Under the pieces are notes generated by a model. The model worked only from the letters and a program-made list of their open reading frames with translations, made no database searches and was not told where the DNA came from. A DNA stretch of 64,000 nt from a virus: IMG/VR virus record IMGVR_UViG_3300002092_001548, positions 1-64,000 of that record. One strand, given 5' to 3'. The position numbers were made by a program, and so were the translations under genes. This document shows positions 1 to 9,016 of this stretch, piece by piece (position 1 is the first letter of the stretch; every line of letters starts with the position of its first letter).

Positions 1-653
1 TGACTATTCTTAATCCGAATAAACATAACAGGAATACTTTGCGGTTCGACGACTACAACATTGAGTTCGACTTCACAAAGGTATCGTTCATCTTTGCCAC
101 TACTGACCCACAGAAGGTCATCACGCCCCTCAAGGACAGGTGCAAGATGGTTCACATGGAGGAGTATGGTTATGGCGAACTGGCAGAGATTGTCGAGGCT
201 AACAGCGAGGAGATCACCTATGATCCAGTTGTCCTCAAAGAGATCGCATCGACTTGCAGGGGCAACGCTAGGAATGCTACCCTCATGGCTAAAGATAACG
301 TAACGCAATTTGCGATGCGGCATAACATTCATGACATCGGGCACAAGGAGTGGGACGAGTTAAAGTGCGTCCTAGGAATCCTTCCCCTTGGACTAGAGAA
401 CACAGAGTTACAGGTCTTAAAGATCTTACGTGAGCGTGGAGCCTGTTCGTTAACAAATTTGAGTGCGGTTACTGGATTGTCCAGCAACTCCATTCGTTCA
501 GAGTTTGAGCTATATCTCTTGAAGCATGGGCTGATGGAAGTAGCACAAGGTGGTAGGAAGATTACAGCAAAGGGAGACCAGTATCTCACAGATTTAGATG
601 GATACTGCAACGAAAAAAAAACAAACCAGAGCTTTACTTTGGTCACAGAATAA
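1..653 (+). CDS. ruvB: RuvB-like AAA+ ATPase (Holliday junction helicase-like), 5'-truncated by window edge
   Basis: Frame open from nt 3. Motifs IFATT..PLKDRC (sensor 1/Arg finger), CRGNARNA, LGLENTELQVL and SLTNLSAVTG..ELYLLKHGLM..GGRKIT match the RuvB lid and C-terminal winged helix. Confidence 0.75.
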   Translation, partial: TILNPNKHNRNTLRFDDYNIEFDFTKVSFIFATTDPQKVITPLKDRCKMVHMEEYGYGELAEIVEANSEEITYDPVVLKEIASTCRGNARNATLMAKDNVTQFAMRHNIHDIGHKEWDELKCVLGILPLGLENTELQVLKILRERGACSLTNLSAVTGLSSNSIRSEFELYLLKHGLMEVAQGGRKITAKGDQYLTDLDGYCNEKKTNQSFTLVTE

Positions 654-805
654 TATATAACATACAACATGGACAAATACAATGACGGATCAATATCACT
701 ATTCTTATTATTTATCGCTAGTTGCCTAGTAGCATACGCACTGAATAAACGTTCAAAAGGAAATTCAATATTTACAAAAACACATAGACATTAATAATAA
801 ACAAA

Positions 806-991
806 ATGAAGTACTATAAAGTAATACTAGACAATGGGGATGAACTCTATCATGAGAGTAAGGTTCCCCTATCTCACGATCAATTAATCGAGGCACTCCA
901 GTTTGAGGCAAAGCTTTCCCCTGTAGAGGTGGACGAGGTTGTTGACCATGAGGAGATCGAAGAGGAAGAGTATGAAGAGAATTCGTTCTAG
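806..991 (+). CDS. small acidic hypothetical protein
   Basis: 61-aa ORF, ATG start, co-oriented with neighbours. Confidence 0.6.
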   Translation: MKYYKVILDNGDELYHESKVPLSHDQLIEALQFEAKLSPVEVDEVVDHEEIEEEEYEENSF

Positions 992-1006
992 AATTAAATA
1001 ATTTAA

Positions 1007-1035
1007 TTGCAAAGGTAACCAATAAATAATACTAT
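1007..1035 (+). promoter_or_regulatory. sigma70-type promoter, leaderless-type spacing
   Basis: TTGCAA-17-TACTAT, 6 nt before the ATG at 1042. Confidence 0.6.
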
Positions 1036-1041
1036 AACTAT

Positions 1042-1269
1042 ATGGCAAAAAACACAAACACAAACACAAAGGCAAAGTCAGTCACACCAGCGAAGCTAAA
1101 GAACGGGAGCATCTACGACTACAACGGTCGCACGGTTCGTCTCCGCCAGACGGTAGGGGCAGTCTGCACCCTGCGTGAGCCACACGGCGCGATCTTCATC
1201 GGTCGCACCAATATGCTCAAGCGTGTAGGAAAGACTCGCGTCGAGAAGTTCGTCGCCAAGTGTTCCTAA
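1042..1269 (+). CDS. small basic hypothetical protein
   Basis: 75-aa ORF with its own promoter. Confidence 0.65.
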   Translation: MAKNTNTNTKAKSVTPAKLKNGSIYDYNGRTVRLRQTVGAVCTLREPHGAIFIGRTNMLKRVGKTRVEKFVAKCS

Positions 1270-1285
1270 TAGGATAGAAGAAAGT

Positions 1286-1546
1286 ATGGCGAACTCCAAG
1301 CACGTTGAAGGGATACTAGAGACGATCCGTGGGTCAGACATTACAGAATGCTTCCTATCGGATCAGCCGATTGCGATCATAGGAATCGACACCTATCCAG
1401 AGGAGACGAACAATATCATTCTCCTCGGTAATGGTAAGAGGATAACAACCGACGACTTGGAGTTCGCCAACTGGGAGATTGTAGATAAGAATACACTGCA
1501 TATTCATTTAGGTAACTATAAGTTTGTTGGGCATAAGAGGGACTAG
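1286..1546 (+). CDS. hypothetical protein
   Basis: 86-aa ORF tightly following the previous gene. Confidence 0.6.
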   Translation: MANSKHVEGILETIRGSDITECFLSDQPIAIIGIDTYPEETNNIILLGNGKRITTDDLEFANWEIVDKNTLHIHLGNYKFVGHKRD

Positions 1547-1608
1547 AAGCGAACGATTTGGCGGCAAATAGAGAGCGCAAATACTCAGAGGAGTGTAATA
1601 AATATATT

Positions 1609-1710
1609 ATGTTGCATATCCTTTTAGAGAAAGCCGCCCTATTTGTCGTCTTCGTTTTTGGGGGTTGGTTGTTATGGAAAGGTTGGTTCGATATTAAGGA
1701 CGGACAATAG
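1609..1710 (+). CDS. small membrane peptide (33 aa)
   Basis: MLHILLEKAALFVVFVFGGWLLWKGWFDIKDGQ, preceded by GTGTAA at 1593. Confidence 0.4.
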   Translation: MLHILLEKAALFVVFVFGGWLLWKGWFDIKDGQ

Positions 1711-2111
1711 GCCAAATAGCACCTTCACCAGCCACCATGCAAGTAAACACCCCCAAGGTCATCTCTAAGAAAGAATGCAAGACAGCCCAGCCTCTCTTCC
1801 CCAGAGTTTATCCGCAGCAGATCTTGTCTCCAGAGCAGCGGACTTTGCAATTGAGGCGCAACAGCCTCTTCGCACGCTCTGTAGTGACAGGCCGCGTGAC
1901 TACTTTTTAAATGTTGAGTCAATCCAAGAAATCGACCGCGAGGACGAGGCCCACGAATAAGCGAACTAATCCGGTATAAATAGGTATATATTCCGGTATA
2001 GAGAAAGACAAGAATAGTCATATTAATAATAGAGTAGATTAGAACCTATATTGTAACCTAATTGTAACCTAATAGATAGGTAATTTTTTATTGTACTGGT
2101 TTGATTTGTTG

Positions 2112-2186
2112 TAAGTAGTTGATTATAAGGGACTTATGCGGCCGGGCCCCGCCGGGCGCCGTAACCTATTGGTATGTAGGCATTTA
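2112..2186 (-). repeat. intergenic element copy R1 (box-core-box, 25+25+25 bp)
   Basis: TAAGTAGTTGATTATAAGGGACTTA + TGCGGCCGGGCCCCGCCGGGCGCCG + TAACCTATTGGTATGTAGGCATTTA. Confidence 0.9.
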
Positions 2187-2207
2187 TGCCGATGCAATTT
2201 TAATGCA

Positions 2208-2243
2208 AAAAAAGTCGCCCCTAGCTTTACGCTAGAGGCGACC
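2208..2243 (-). terminator. intrinsic terminator after rIIB
   Basis: GTCGCC..TAGC/GCTA..GGCGAC hairpin with an A-run on + (U-run on -). Confidence 0.6.
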
Positions 2244-2264
2244 CCCATTTCTCAACCCAATCTT

Positions 2265-3131
2265 TTACTTGGCCTTGGCAACGAACCTCCCTTTGCCGTC
2301 CCTGACCTTGAAGTAGCGGTCGCCATTAGGCTTGCGTCCGTAGGTCTGGTTATCGTAATCCGAATACTCAACCTCGTCGCCCTCGTAGCTGTCCTCGTCA
2401 TAACCATCATAGTAGTTATTAGGAAGGGGAGCATCGAATGTTCCGACAACCTCGTAACGAGAAGTCCTCATCTTCTGGAAGTCGCAGTCGTGAGGAACCG
2501 AAACCACATCAGCAGGATTAACCTTGACGATGATAACCTTGCGATCACTTCCTCCGAAGTTGGTAGCATACTCAAGCGAACCAACATGGAAGCCATAACT
2601 GCATCCGTGATTAGCGTCATCACAGACAGAGTTACGAGGCATGGAGAGAACCTGTCCGATATTGTTATCGAACTTGCCAGAGTAGTGATCCGTCATATCA
2701 GGACGCACACTCTTGTAACCAAGGAAGTGACCATCGGGCGTAATTGGCATATTGCCATGCTCAAGAAAACTATACAATTCGTTGACAGACCTACGACTAG
2801 GATTGTCCATCAAATTGTCGAGGAACTTGAGGAGAGGCGTAGGAGGAATGTTCTCCTTGACGAAACCTAAAATCTTATCGACAATGGTTCCGTGGACTGC
2901 CTCGCCATTATAGAACACATGACCACCCTTAATATCGACATTCCCAACCGACCAATCGGCTACGGATTGTGCGACATCAACGAGAGCCAAAAGCTCCTCG
3001 GCAGTCGAGCCATTAACGATGCCGTCAATGATCTTCTGCCAGTTTTCGTGCGAACGCTGAATCGTGTATGGAGTATTCTCCAAGACGAGCGTGAGTGAAT
3101 TATCAGTTAGGATGTATGGGATGTCATTCAT
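2265..3131 (-). CDS. rIIB: rIIB-like protein
   Basis: PITPDGHFLGYKSVR, FDNNIG..MPRN, GCSYGFHVGSLEYA, KVNPADVVSVP..KMR..YEVV; lies next to rIIA. Start moved to ATG 3131, 6 nt after TTGATT-17-TATAAG. Confidence 0.85.
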   Translation of the reverse strand: MNDIPYILTDNSLTLVLENTPYTIQRSHENWQKIIDGIVNGSTAEELLALVDVAQSVADWSVGNVDIKGGHVFYNGEAVHGTIVDKILGFVKENIPPTPLLKFLDNLMDNPSRRSVNELYSFLEHGNMPITPDGHFLGYKSVRPDMTDHYSGKFDNNIGQVLSMPRNSVCDDANHGCSYGFHVGSLEYATNFGGSDRKVIIVKVNPADVVSVPHDCDFQKMRTSRYEVVGTFDAPLPNNYYDGYDEDSYEGDEVEYSDYDNQTYGRKPNGDRYFKVRDGKGRFVAKAK

Positions 3132-3198
3132 AAGACTCTTATAGTAAATCAAATTGTGAAAATCAACAAGGATTATTTTCAAAAATCTTTCATTGGCA

Positions 3199-3243
3199 TA
3201 AGTCGTTGATAATCAAGCACTTACGGCGCCGGGCCCCGCCGGG
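3199..3243 (-). repeat. intergenic element copy R2
   Basis: TAAGTCGTTGATAATCAAGCACTTA (near-perfect palindrome) + CGGCGCCGGGCCCCGCCGGG. Confidence 0.95.
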
Positions 3244-3269
3244 ATATTAGGTGATATTAAGTATAAAGG

Positions 3270-3305
3270 AAAAGGGTAGGATCGCCACCACAACGACCCT
3301 ACCCT
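3270..3305 (-). terminator. intrinsic terminator after rIIA
   Basis: AGGGTAGG..CCTACCCT hairpin with flanking A-run. Confidence 0.55.
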
Positions 3306-3322
3306 ACTCACCTCACCACAAT

Positions 3323-5539
3323 CTATCGGTTGAGATAGTCGAGGATGTTAGTGATTGCCTTCTCCCATCCCGACCATCTGAACGAACTCCAATCAATGTT
3401 ATTCAGAAGGGGAAAACTCTTCACTAGAGCTTTGCCGTTGTTATGAATATCAGTCGCAATCTTCTTGGAGTTGGTATTAGCCTCAACCAAGGTCATCTGT
3501 GGTGTATTCCTAACCACAAGAGCATCATACATAGCGATTGCCTTCTCTGACTCTGGCGATCCTGCTTTGCCATTGATAGCATCGAACACCGCACGAATAG
3601 TAGAAACCATATCTTTGTTCTTCAGTCCTGTAAGCAAAACCTTTTGAGCTTGCGTGTCCCGAAGGTTACGGAAGGGCAAATCGTTACATAATGCCCCTGC
3701 AATCCTGTTAGCGATTGCCATGTCAAGATTGATGCTCTTTGAAGCAATGAAGGACTCAAACTCTCCCTTGGAAGCCTCAAGGATGTGAACCCATCCCTTG
3801 CCGAGACTCTTCATCTGTGTGCCAGTAACACCGACAATAGATTGAGCCTTCAGCTTTGGAAACTTATCAAGAAAGCCCAGAAGGGTAGAGCTACTAACCC
3901 TAGAATCATTGATGATAGCTTGGTAGTTATTAACTTGGACATAGAATCCAGTTCCACCCTTCATGTCAATCTTTGCTTCCTTCCACGCCGACTTGTCACG
4001 ATAGTTCCTAGCATTAGTAGGATCAAAGGTTAGAACACCAGTCCTAGCAACCTTGCCCGAAGAGACACCGATAGCAGTTGCAGGGATAACGATGGAACTT
4101 GCGAGAACAAAGTCCTCGTCGCAATACCCATTGACACGCTTGATCTCTGCAAGTTGTGAGGCATAAAGAGAGAACTCCTCCTTCTTAACTGCTTTGGTAT
4201 CTTGGACTACACCATTCGTAATCTTGCGAACCTGTGGGGTGAACATATACACCCTGTTCTCCTTATTCGTAGAGGCAAGGTAACGAGCATTCCTCGCACC
4301 AGCGTTATACGATCCAGTATCGTTGAAAACTAGAACCGCACGACCATTAGCTTGAAAGCTATCCACAGAAAGAGAACGAACATTTCCGTTCCAGTTAGTC
4401 TCATACCGCATCAGATAAAATCCGAGCAATCCATCTTTAGACTTTTTGGCAACATCCGCATGATCGTTGATGATAGGAACACCCTTGAAGGTGATCTTAT
4501 CCAGAATCTTGCGAAGATGATAGAACCCATCTACAAAGTTATCCATGCTAAAGAGCAACTTTTTAGCACCGAATACACTCTTGGCAGACGAACCGATGTT
4601 CTTCTCGATATCCGCAACAATCTTATCCACAATCTCAAGTGATAGCTTGCGAATGTTCTGAAGCGTCCTATCAGTATATTGTAAGCCTTCACGACTCGCC
4701 GCAACATCCAAGTCACCGATCTCAAAATTGAGAACGATTGCACTAGACAGAAGGTTATAGATCCTCTTATCCTCATCTCTGCTCAAGTCGAGCTTCATGG
4801 ACGATACCGCCAACGGATAGCCGATGTTGCCCATGATTGCCGTGGCAACCGAAGCATTTTTATAGAATGCCCAACGATCACCCGAAGATATAGGAGGCAA
4901 GAACATATCCGATAGCTCTTGCTCGTTCATACCGATGATCTCTGGCTTGACCTTGAAGAAACGAAGATAGCGGTTGACCGACTTGTTAAACTCTCTGCAA
5001 TCCTCGCCCTTGACAGCGATACAGATTTCTACACCATTAGCCTCATCAGTAGCCTTGGAAGAAAGCGTTGCAATCTGACCGATGCCGCTAGGATCAATGA
5101 AGGCATTGTAGGAAGTAACTTTGCCGTCAACATAAGAATTGATTAAAAAGTTGTCACCATAAGCAAACGCACTCTTTGAGCCGAGGCCGAGTTGACCGAT
5201 GTATGCGTTGCTCTGGCGTTTCGTGCTTTCGCCATAGAAGCAATAAACCTCTTGAATATCCTCTGCGGTAAGACCACTTCCGAAGTCACGAACCTTAAAG
5301 GTTTTCTCAAGAGGAGAGGGGAGAGTTATGCGAATAGGGGTATCAGCGTTCCCTGCCTCGACATTAGCATCGTAGGCATTAGCGGAATACTCACGCACGA
5401 CTGCACCGATCTTATCGGTGTAGAGTTGGTTACGGAGAACATTGAAGATATGAGCAAGGCCAGAATCCTTGATGCCGAAAGCGACAGAGGATTTGATGCC
5501 AGCAGATTCTAGTGAGTTATATTTTTGTTCAGTTATCAT
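3323..5539 (-). CDS. rIIA: rIIA-like protein (N-terminal GHKL ATPase)
   Basis: LYTDKIGAVVREYSANAYDA, DFGSGL, YGESTKRQSN..IGQLGLGSKSAFAY and LDVAASREGL motifs; paired with rIIB. Confidence 0.85.
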   Translation of the reverse strand: MITEQKYNSLESAGIKSSVAFGIKDSGLAHIFNVLRNQLYTDKIGAVVREYSANAYDANVEAGNADTPIRITLPSPLEKTFKVRDFGSGLTAEDIQEVYCFYGESTKRQSNAYIGQLGLGSKSAFAYGDNFLINSYVDGKVTSYNAFIDPSGIGQIATLSSKATDEANGVEICIAVKGEDCREFNKSVNRYLRFFKVKPEIIGMNEQELSDMFLPPISSGDRWAFYKNASVATAIMGNIGYPLAVSSMKLDLSRDEDKRIYNLLSSAIVLNFEIGDLDVAASREGLQYTDRTLQNIRKLSLEIVDKIVADIEKNIGSSAKSVFGAKKLLFSMDNFVDGFYHLRKILDKITFKGVPIINDHADVAKKSKDGLLGFYLMRYETNWNGNVRSLSVDSFQANGRAVLVFNDTGSYNAGARNARYLASTNKENRVYMFTPQVRKITNGVVQDTKAVKKEEFSLYASQLAEIKRVNGYCDEDFVLASSIVIPATAIGVSSGKVARTGVLTFDPTNARNYRDKSAWKEAKIDMKGGTGFYVQVNNYQAIINDSRVSSSTLLGFLDKFPKLKAQSIVGVTGTQMKSLGKGWVHILEASKGEFESFIASKSINLDMAIANRIAGALCNDLPFRNLRDTQAQKVLLTGLKNKDMVSTIRAVFDAINGKAGSPESEKAIAMYDALVVRNTPQMTLVEANTNSKKIATDIHNNGKALVKSFPLLNNIDWSSFRWSGWEKAITNILDYLNR

Positions 5540-5615
5540 GGTGTGTTGGTGTGTAGTGTGAATCCTTATAGTCGTATTTTTTGCCCCATGTGTCAACAGG
5601 TATTTTCACTATTCA

Positions 5616-5660
5616 TAAAGTGTTCAATATCAACTACTTACGGCGCCGGGCCCCGCCGGG
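5616..5660 (-). repeat. intergenic element copy R3
   Basis: TAAAGTGTTCAATATCAACTACTTA + CGGCGCCGGGCCCCGCCGGG. Confidence 0.9.
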
Positions 5661-5678
5661 CATGTTATATAAGTTAAG

Positions 5679-5750
5679 TGGGATCGTCGAGACTCGAACT
5701 CGAAACCAATTCGTTAAAAGCGAACTGCTCTACCATTGAGCTACGATCCC
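5679..5750 (-). tRNA. tRNA-Lys(TTT)
   Basis: GGGATCGTAGCTCAATGGTAGAGC..CTTTTAA..GTTCGAGTC..CGATCCCA cloverleaf. Confidence 0.92.
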
Positions 5751-5753
5751 GAA

Positions 5754-5825
5754 TGCTTTCAGTAGGAATCGAACCTACATTAAGACTTTAGAAGAGTCCT
5801 GTCCTATCCGTTGAACGATGAAAGC
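5754..5825 (-). tRNA. tRNA-Arg(TCT)
   Basis: GCTTTCA/TGAAAGC acceptor stem, anticodon loop CTTCTAA, GGTTCGATTCC T-arm. Confidence 0.9.
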
Positions 5826-5912
5826 TAAATTCCTAGTCCGTCGTATTCTTCATTCATATATTTTTTTTGATAGTGTGGGTTCGAATCTCGATAATAGATG
5901 TAATTGTATTGT

Positions 5913-6545
5913 ATGTCAACGAATAAATTGAAAATCAAACTCTTGAAAGAGAAAGCTAAGAAGCATCAGTGTGAAAATTGTGGTCTAGAATCTTGGCAGG
6001 GAGGCAAAATTCCCATTGAGCTTCATCATATAGATGGTAATCCTAAAAATAATGATATCAATAATCTTCAAATTTTATGTCCAAATTGTCACGCATTAAC
6101 TAATAATTATAGGGGGCGTAACAAGAAAAGAATTCAAAAAGGAAAGTTTATAACTGATGATGAGATTGCTTTGGCTATAACTGAATGTTATAATAGGAGA
6201 CAAGTTTTACTTTTTCTTGGGATGACTGGGTATGGGGCGAGTTACGAAAGAATTAATAAAGTAATACAAGAAAGAGGAGTAGTGTTTAAAGAAGGCGCTT
6301 TAAGGGATAGGTCTACTAAATATATAAAATCCATAAATGAAAAATACGGATCTTTAAAAGAGGTTTTTAAAAAGAAAGTTAATTGGCCAACTAAAGAAGA
6401 ATTAGAGGAGATGCTAAAGAATGAGTCGGCAGTGCAGATTGGAAAAAAACTAGGTGTTTCAGATAATGCAGTTAGAAAAGCCGCTAAGAGATATGGTATA
6501 GATATTCGTTCTATCAGTAAGTGGAGCAAAAAACATGGTAGTTAA
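5913..6545 (+). CDS. HNH endonuclease with C-terminal HTH
   Basis: CENC..ELHHIDGN..NN..NL..LCPNCH; C-terminal SAVQIGKKLGVSDNAVRK HTH. Confidence 0.9.
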   Translation: MSTNKLKIKLLKEKAKKHQCENCGLESWQGGKIPIELHHIDGNPKNNDINNLQILCPNCHALTNNYRGRNKKRIQKGKFITDDEIALAITECYNRRQVLLFLGMTGYGASYERINKVIQERGVVFKEGALRDRSTKYIKSINEKYGSLKEVFKKKVNWPTKEELEEMLKNESAVQIGKKLGVSDNAVRKAAKRYGIDIRSISKWSKKHGS

Positions 6546-6549
6546 AAAG

Positions 6550-6639
6550 TGCTTGAGACGGGATTCGAACCCGTAGTGTGATCTTTAGTCGGTAGCAGAT
6601 TTTAAGTCTGCTGCGTTTCGCCAGTTTCGCCACTCAAGC
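6550..6639 (-). tRNA. tRNA-Leu(TAA)
   Basis: GCTTGAG/CTCAAGC acceptor stem, GCAGA-CTTAAAA-TCTGC anticodon arm, long variable arm, GGTTCGAATCC. Confidence 0.9.
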
Positions 6640-6674
6640 TTATTATTAAATAATAGTAGTTATTGTTTTTAAGT

Positions 6675-6768
6675 TGGTAGTGGGTGTGGGAATCGAACCC
6701 ACGCTCGGCCCTAATCAGGGGCGCACAGATTATAAGTCTGTCGATGCTTCCAATTACATTAACCCACC
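6675..6768 (-). tRNA. tRNA with TAT anticodon (nominal Ile) and long variable arm, CCA encoded
   Basis: GGTGGGT/ACCCACT-A-CCA acceptor, ACAGA-CTTATAA-TCTGT, variable hairpin CCCT-GATT-AGGG, GTGGG-TTCGATT-CCCAC. Confidence 0.85.
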
Positions 6769-6775
6769 AATAGTT

Positions 6776-7066
6776 TTATTTCGGCATAGGATAATTAGTA
6801 TTGATGTAGTCAACAGCTTCCTTATAGTATGGCTCTGCCTTCTGTTGTTTCTTAGTAATGGTTCTCCATCCATATTTAATAGTTCTTGAATAGTTCTTGC
6901 AGAACCAACGCTTCCTATCTATTACAAGATAGTAATCAAATGTGTCTCCGTTCTCGTCAGTAGAGTTATACTGATAGTTTGGATCTTTGGGCGGATAGAT
7001 ATGGACGCTGAAGGTTATTGTTGTATCCTTTTGTGGATCGCCTTTAGTGGAATGAGTGATGTTCAT
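6776..7066 (-). CDS. hypothetical protein
   Basis: 96-aa ORF; TTGACG-17-TACTAT 6 nt upstream of the ATG. Confidence 0.65.
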   Translation of the reverse strand: MNITHSTKGDPQKDTTITFSVHIYPPKDPNYQYNSTDENGDTFDYYLVIDRKRWFCKNYSRTIKYGWRTITKKQQKAEPYYKEAVDYINTNYPMPK

Positions 7067-7097
7067 ATTGTTATAGTAAAAGTTTTTTTATATCTCG

Positions 7098-7337
7098 TCA
7101 AGAAATGATACCAGTCTTTGTTCCATCTTCGTTATGTGCGAAAATAACATTTGTCGCAAACCCACGCATAATGCAACGAGGCTGGCGCTTTTGATCGTGA
7201 CTCTCTACATCCAATCCGATTGTTTTAATTTTATTGACAAGGTGACACGCGCCCTCCCAATGAATTGTGATCACATTCTTGCCAAATGATAGTGAGGCGG
7301 GTTTATTGTAGTGGTAGAAGAAGCGTTTTGGTTTCAT
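7098..7337 (-). CDS. hypothetical phage protein
   Basis: 79-aa ORF (FFYHYNKPAS); TTGACA-17-TATATT promoter at 7375-7347. Confidence 0.7.
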   Translation of the reverse strand: MKPKRFFYHYNKPASLSFGKNVITIHWEGACHLVNKIKTIGLDVESHDQKRQPRCIMRGFATNVIFAHNEDGTKTGIIS

Positions 7338-7404
7338 GGTTCCTTAAATATACCTTTCTTTGCTTATCGTGTCAATACCCTTTTAAATAAAAACTCATTA
7401 TTTA

Positions 7405-7479
7405 TAAGTAGCTCTATATCAATAGCTTACAGCGCCGGGCGCGGCCGGGCGGCGTAACCCGCTCACCACAAACGAGTTA
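7405..7479 (-). repeat. intergenic element copy R4 (box-core-box, 25+25+25 bp)
   Basis: TAAGTAGCTCTATATCAATAGCTTA + CAGCGCCGGGCGCGGCCGGGCGGCG + TAACCCGCTCACCACAAACGAGTTA. Confidence 0.85.
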
Positions 7480-7501
7480 CGCCTATCCCCCATGAAAAGT
7501 A

Positions 7502-8245
7502 CTAACTCTCTAGACAAAAGCTCCAGTAACGGCTATCGGTTTGAGATTGGTTAATATCCCACCAGATGCAACGAGCGACATATGGTGACACATTCCACAT
7601 TTTGCACATACTAACCCAATGAGTCTCCATTGCCTCGTAGTGCTTGGAGTCTTTAGTCTGATCCAGACCATAGACTTGGAAGAGGTGAGTGTCCATGCAG
7701 ACTGCTTCACACTCCGCTGAATAAACCATCTCTAGAGAGAAGGAAACCTTTGCCATGCCGAGTCCGAGAACCTTGTCAACCAAACGATTGCGGAATTCTT
7801 GCCAAGTCTCCTCATCAGTCTTCTTGAAAGATTCGGGATTGCTCCAGAACATCTGGGCGAACTCGCTAATAAAACGAGTGCGGTTCTTGTGCAAGCCTGC
7901 TCCAGAGGAGACGATCCGCTTTTCCAGTTCCTCGTTATTGTTAAGCCACTCCCACCAGTTACGGATGGCAAGATACCCTGTCACATTCGACCTCCAAGAG
8001 GTATGAACAGACATGAAGGCAAAAAGCCAGCGACGAAAGATTTCGCTATCACCTTTAGGGGCGACTGACTGCCAGTAGTCTGAATAGCGACTGATCGTAT
8101 CTGAATCCAGAGAGTTGAAGAACTTTTCTACTTTCGTCGGGTTAAACCCAGAGCGACGAGTAGGGAGGATATTAAGATTATTATCCAAGAATTGGGATTG
8201 TCTGATTGCATTGAGTGAAGTTCCGATGAAGTCTAGTTGTGTCAT
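7502..8245 (-). CDS. HhH-GPD superfamily DNA glycosylase-like protein
   Basis: VLGLGMAKVSF helix-hairpin-helix with Lys, followed by VCMDTH (catalytic Asp position). Confidence 0.65.
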   Translation of the reverse strand: MTQLDFIGTSLNAIRQSQFLDNNLNILPTRRSGFNPTKVEKFFNSLDSDTISRYSDYWQSVAPKGDSEIFRRWLFAFMSVHTSWRSNVTGYLAIRNWWEWLNNNEELEKRIVSSGAGLHKNRTRFISEFAQMFWSNPESFKKTDEETWQEFRNRLVDKVLGLGMAKVSFSLEMVYSAECEAVCMDTHLFQVYGLDQTKDSKHYEAMETHWVSMCKMWNVSPYVARCIWWDINQSQTDSRYWSFCLES

Positions 8246-8291
8246 TGTTATGTGGTGTTAGTGGTGAATCTCTATAATAATTAAAATTGAC

Positions 8292-8867
8292 CTATTGGGC
8301 AAGAACTTTCTGCGAGAAACTTTTCCAGATCATAAGGTCGAGATCAGCGGGATTCATTTCGCGTTTCCATGCCTCTGTCAAGAATTGTTTTTCAAGAATA
8401 GCATAACGCTTTTTTGTAGGCGTTTGTTTGGGCGCACTATATCCTTGCTCCCTCATCCACTTGAGAATATGGACATCAAGAACCGCAACCTTTGCATCAG
8501 CACGAGAGTGTAAGACAAAAAACCTTGCAGTCTTGCTACCAATTCCTTTAATACTCTCAAGTTCTTCGATAGTCACCTTCTTGAGCTTACCCTTGAACTT
8601 TAAAATCTCCTTGAATGCATGGCCAACACGATTGTATTGACCTAGCTTATGCCTCATCATCTCTTTAGTAAGACAATAGTTTGCAATGATATGCTCAAGA
8701 TACCTAAAGGGAGAATGGTTGCAAGAAGGGTAATAAGAAAGAAACTGGTCGAGCTTCTTGGCTTGCATCTCTGCTCCCTTTCCTGCAACGAGGATTGCGA
8801 ACATAAGGAACTCCTCAAGATCAGCTTCGGTGCGATTGAAGTTGGTGATAGTGGTTGGTGTTATCAT
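8292..8867 (-). CDS. HhH-GPD DNA glycosylase/AP lyase-like (OGG-like)
   Basis: LESIKGIGSKTARFF HhH, AVLDVHILKW, YAILEKQF, DLDLMIW. Confidence 0.75.
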   Translation of the reverse strand: MITPTTITNFNRTEADLEEFLMFAILVAGKGAEMQAKKLDQFLSYYPSCNHSPFRYLEHIIANYCLTKEMMRHKLGQYNRVGHAFKEILKFKGKLKKVTIEELESIKGIGSKTARFFVLHSRADAKVAVLDVHILKWMREQGYSAPKQTPTKKRYAILEKQFLTEAWKREMNPADLDLMIWKSFSQKVLAQ

Positions 8868-8872
8868 AGGTA

Positions 8873-9016
8873 TTACTTGGTTTGTTCTTTGAGTTGATTG
8901 GATAGACTAGCGATTATGCGTTGTGCAGTAGCAAGCATTTCTATTGCGTCTGCTTTTGCTTCTGGATGATTTTCAATAAGACGTTTGAAGTCATTATTTA
9001 ATTCTGGTGTGTTCAT
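8873..9016 (-). CDS. small hypothetical protein (47 aa)
   Basis: MNTPELNNDFKRLIENHPEAK..., fills the gap between promoter and glycosylase gene. Confidence 0.5.
   Translation of the reverse strand: MNTPELNNDFKRLIENHPEAKADAIEMLATAQRIIASLSNQLKEQTK

Noticed and set aside
2051-2073. TTGTAACCTAA tandem duplication as an iteron array
   Set aside because: Only two copies; insufficient evidence of function.
6674-6889. 71-aa plus-strand ORF
   Set aside because: It is the antisense reading of the tRNA(UAU) gene and the adjacent CDS.
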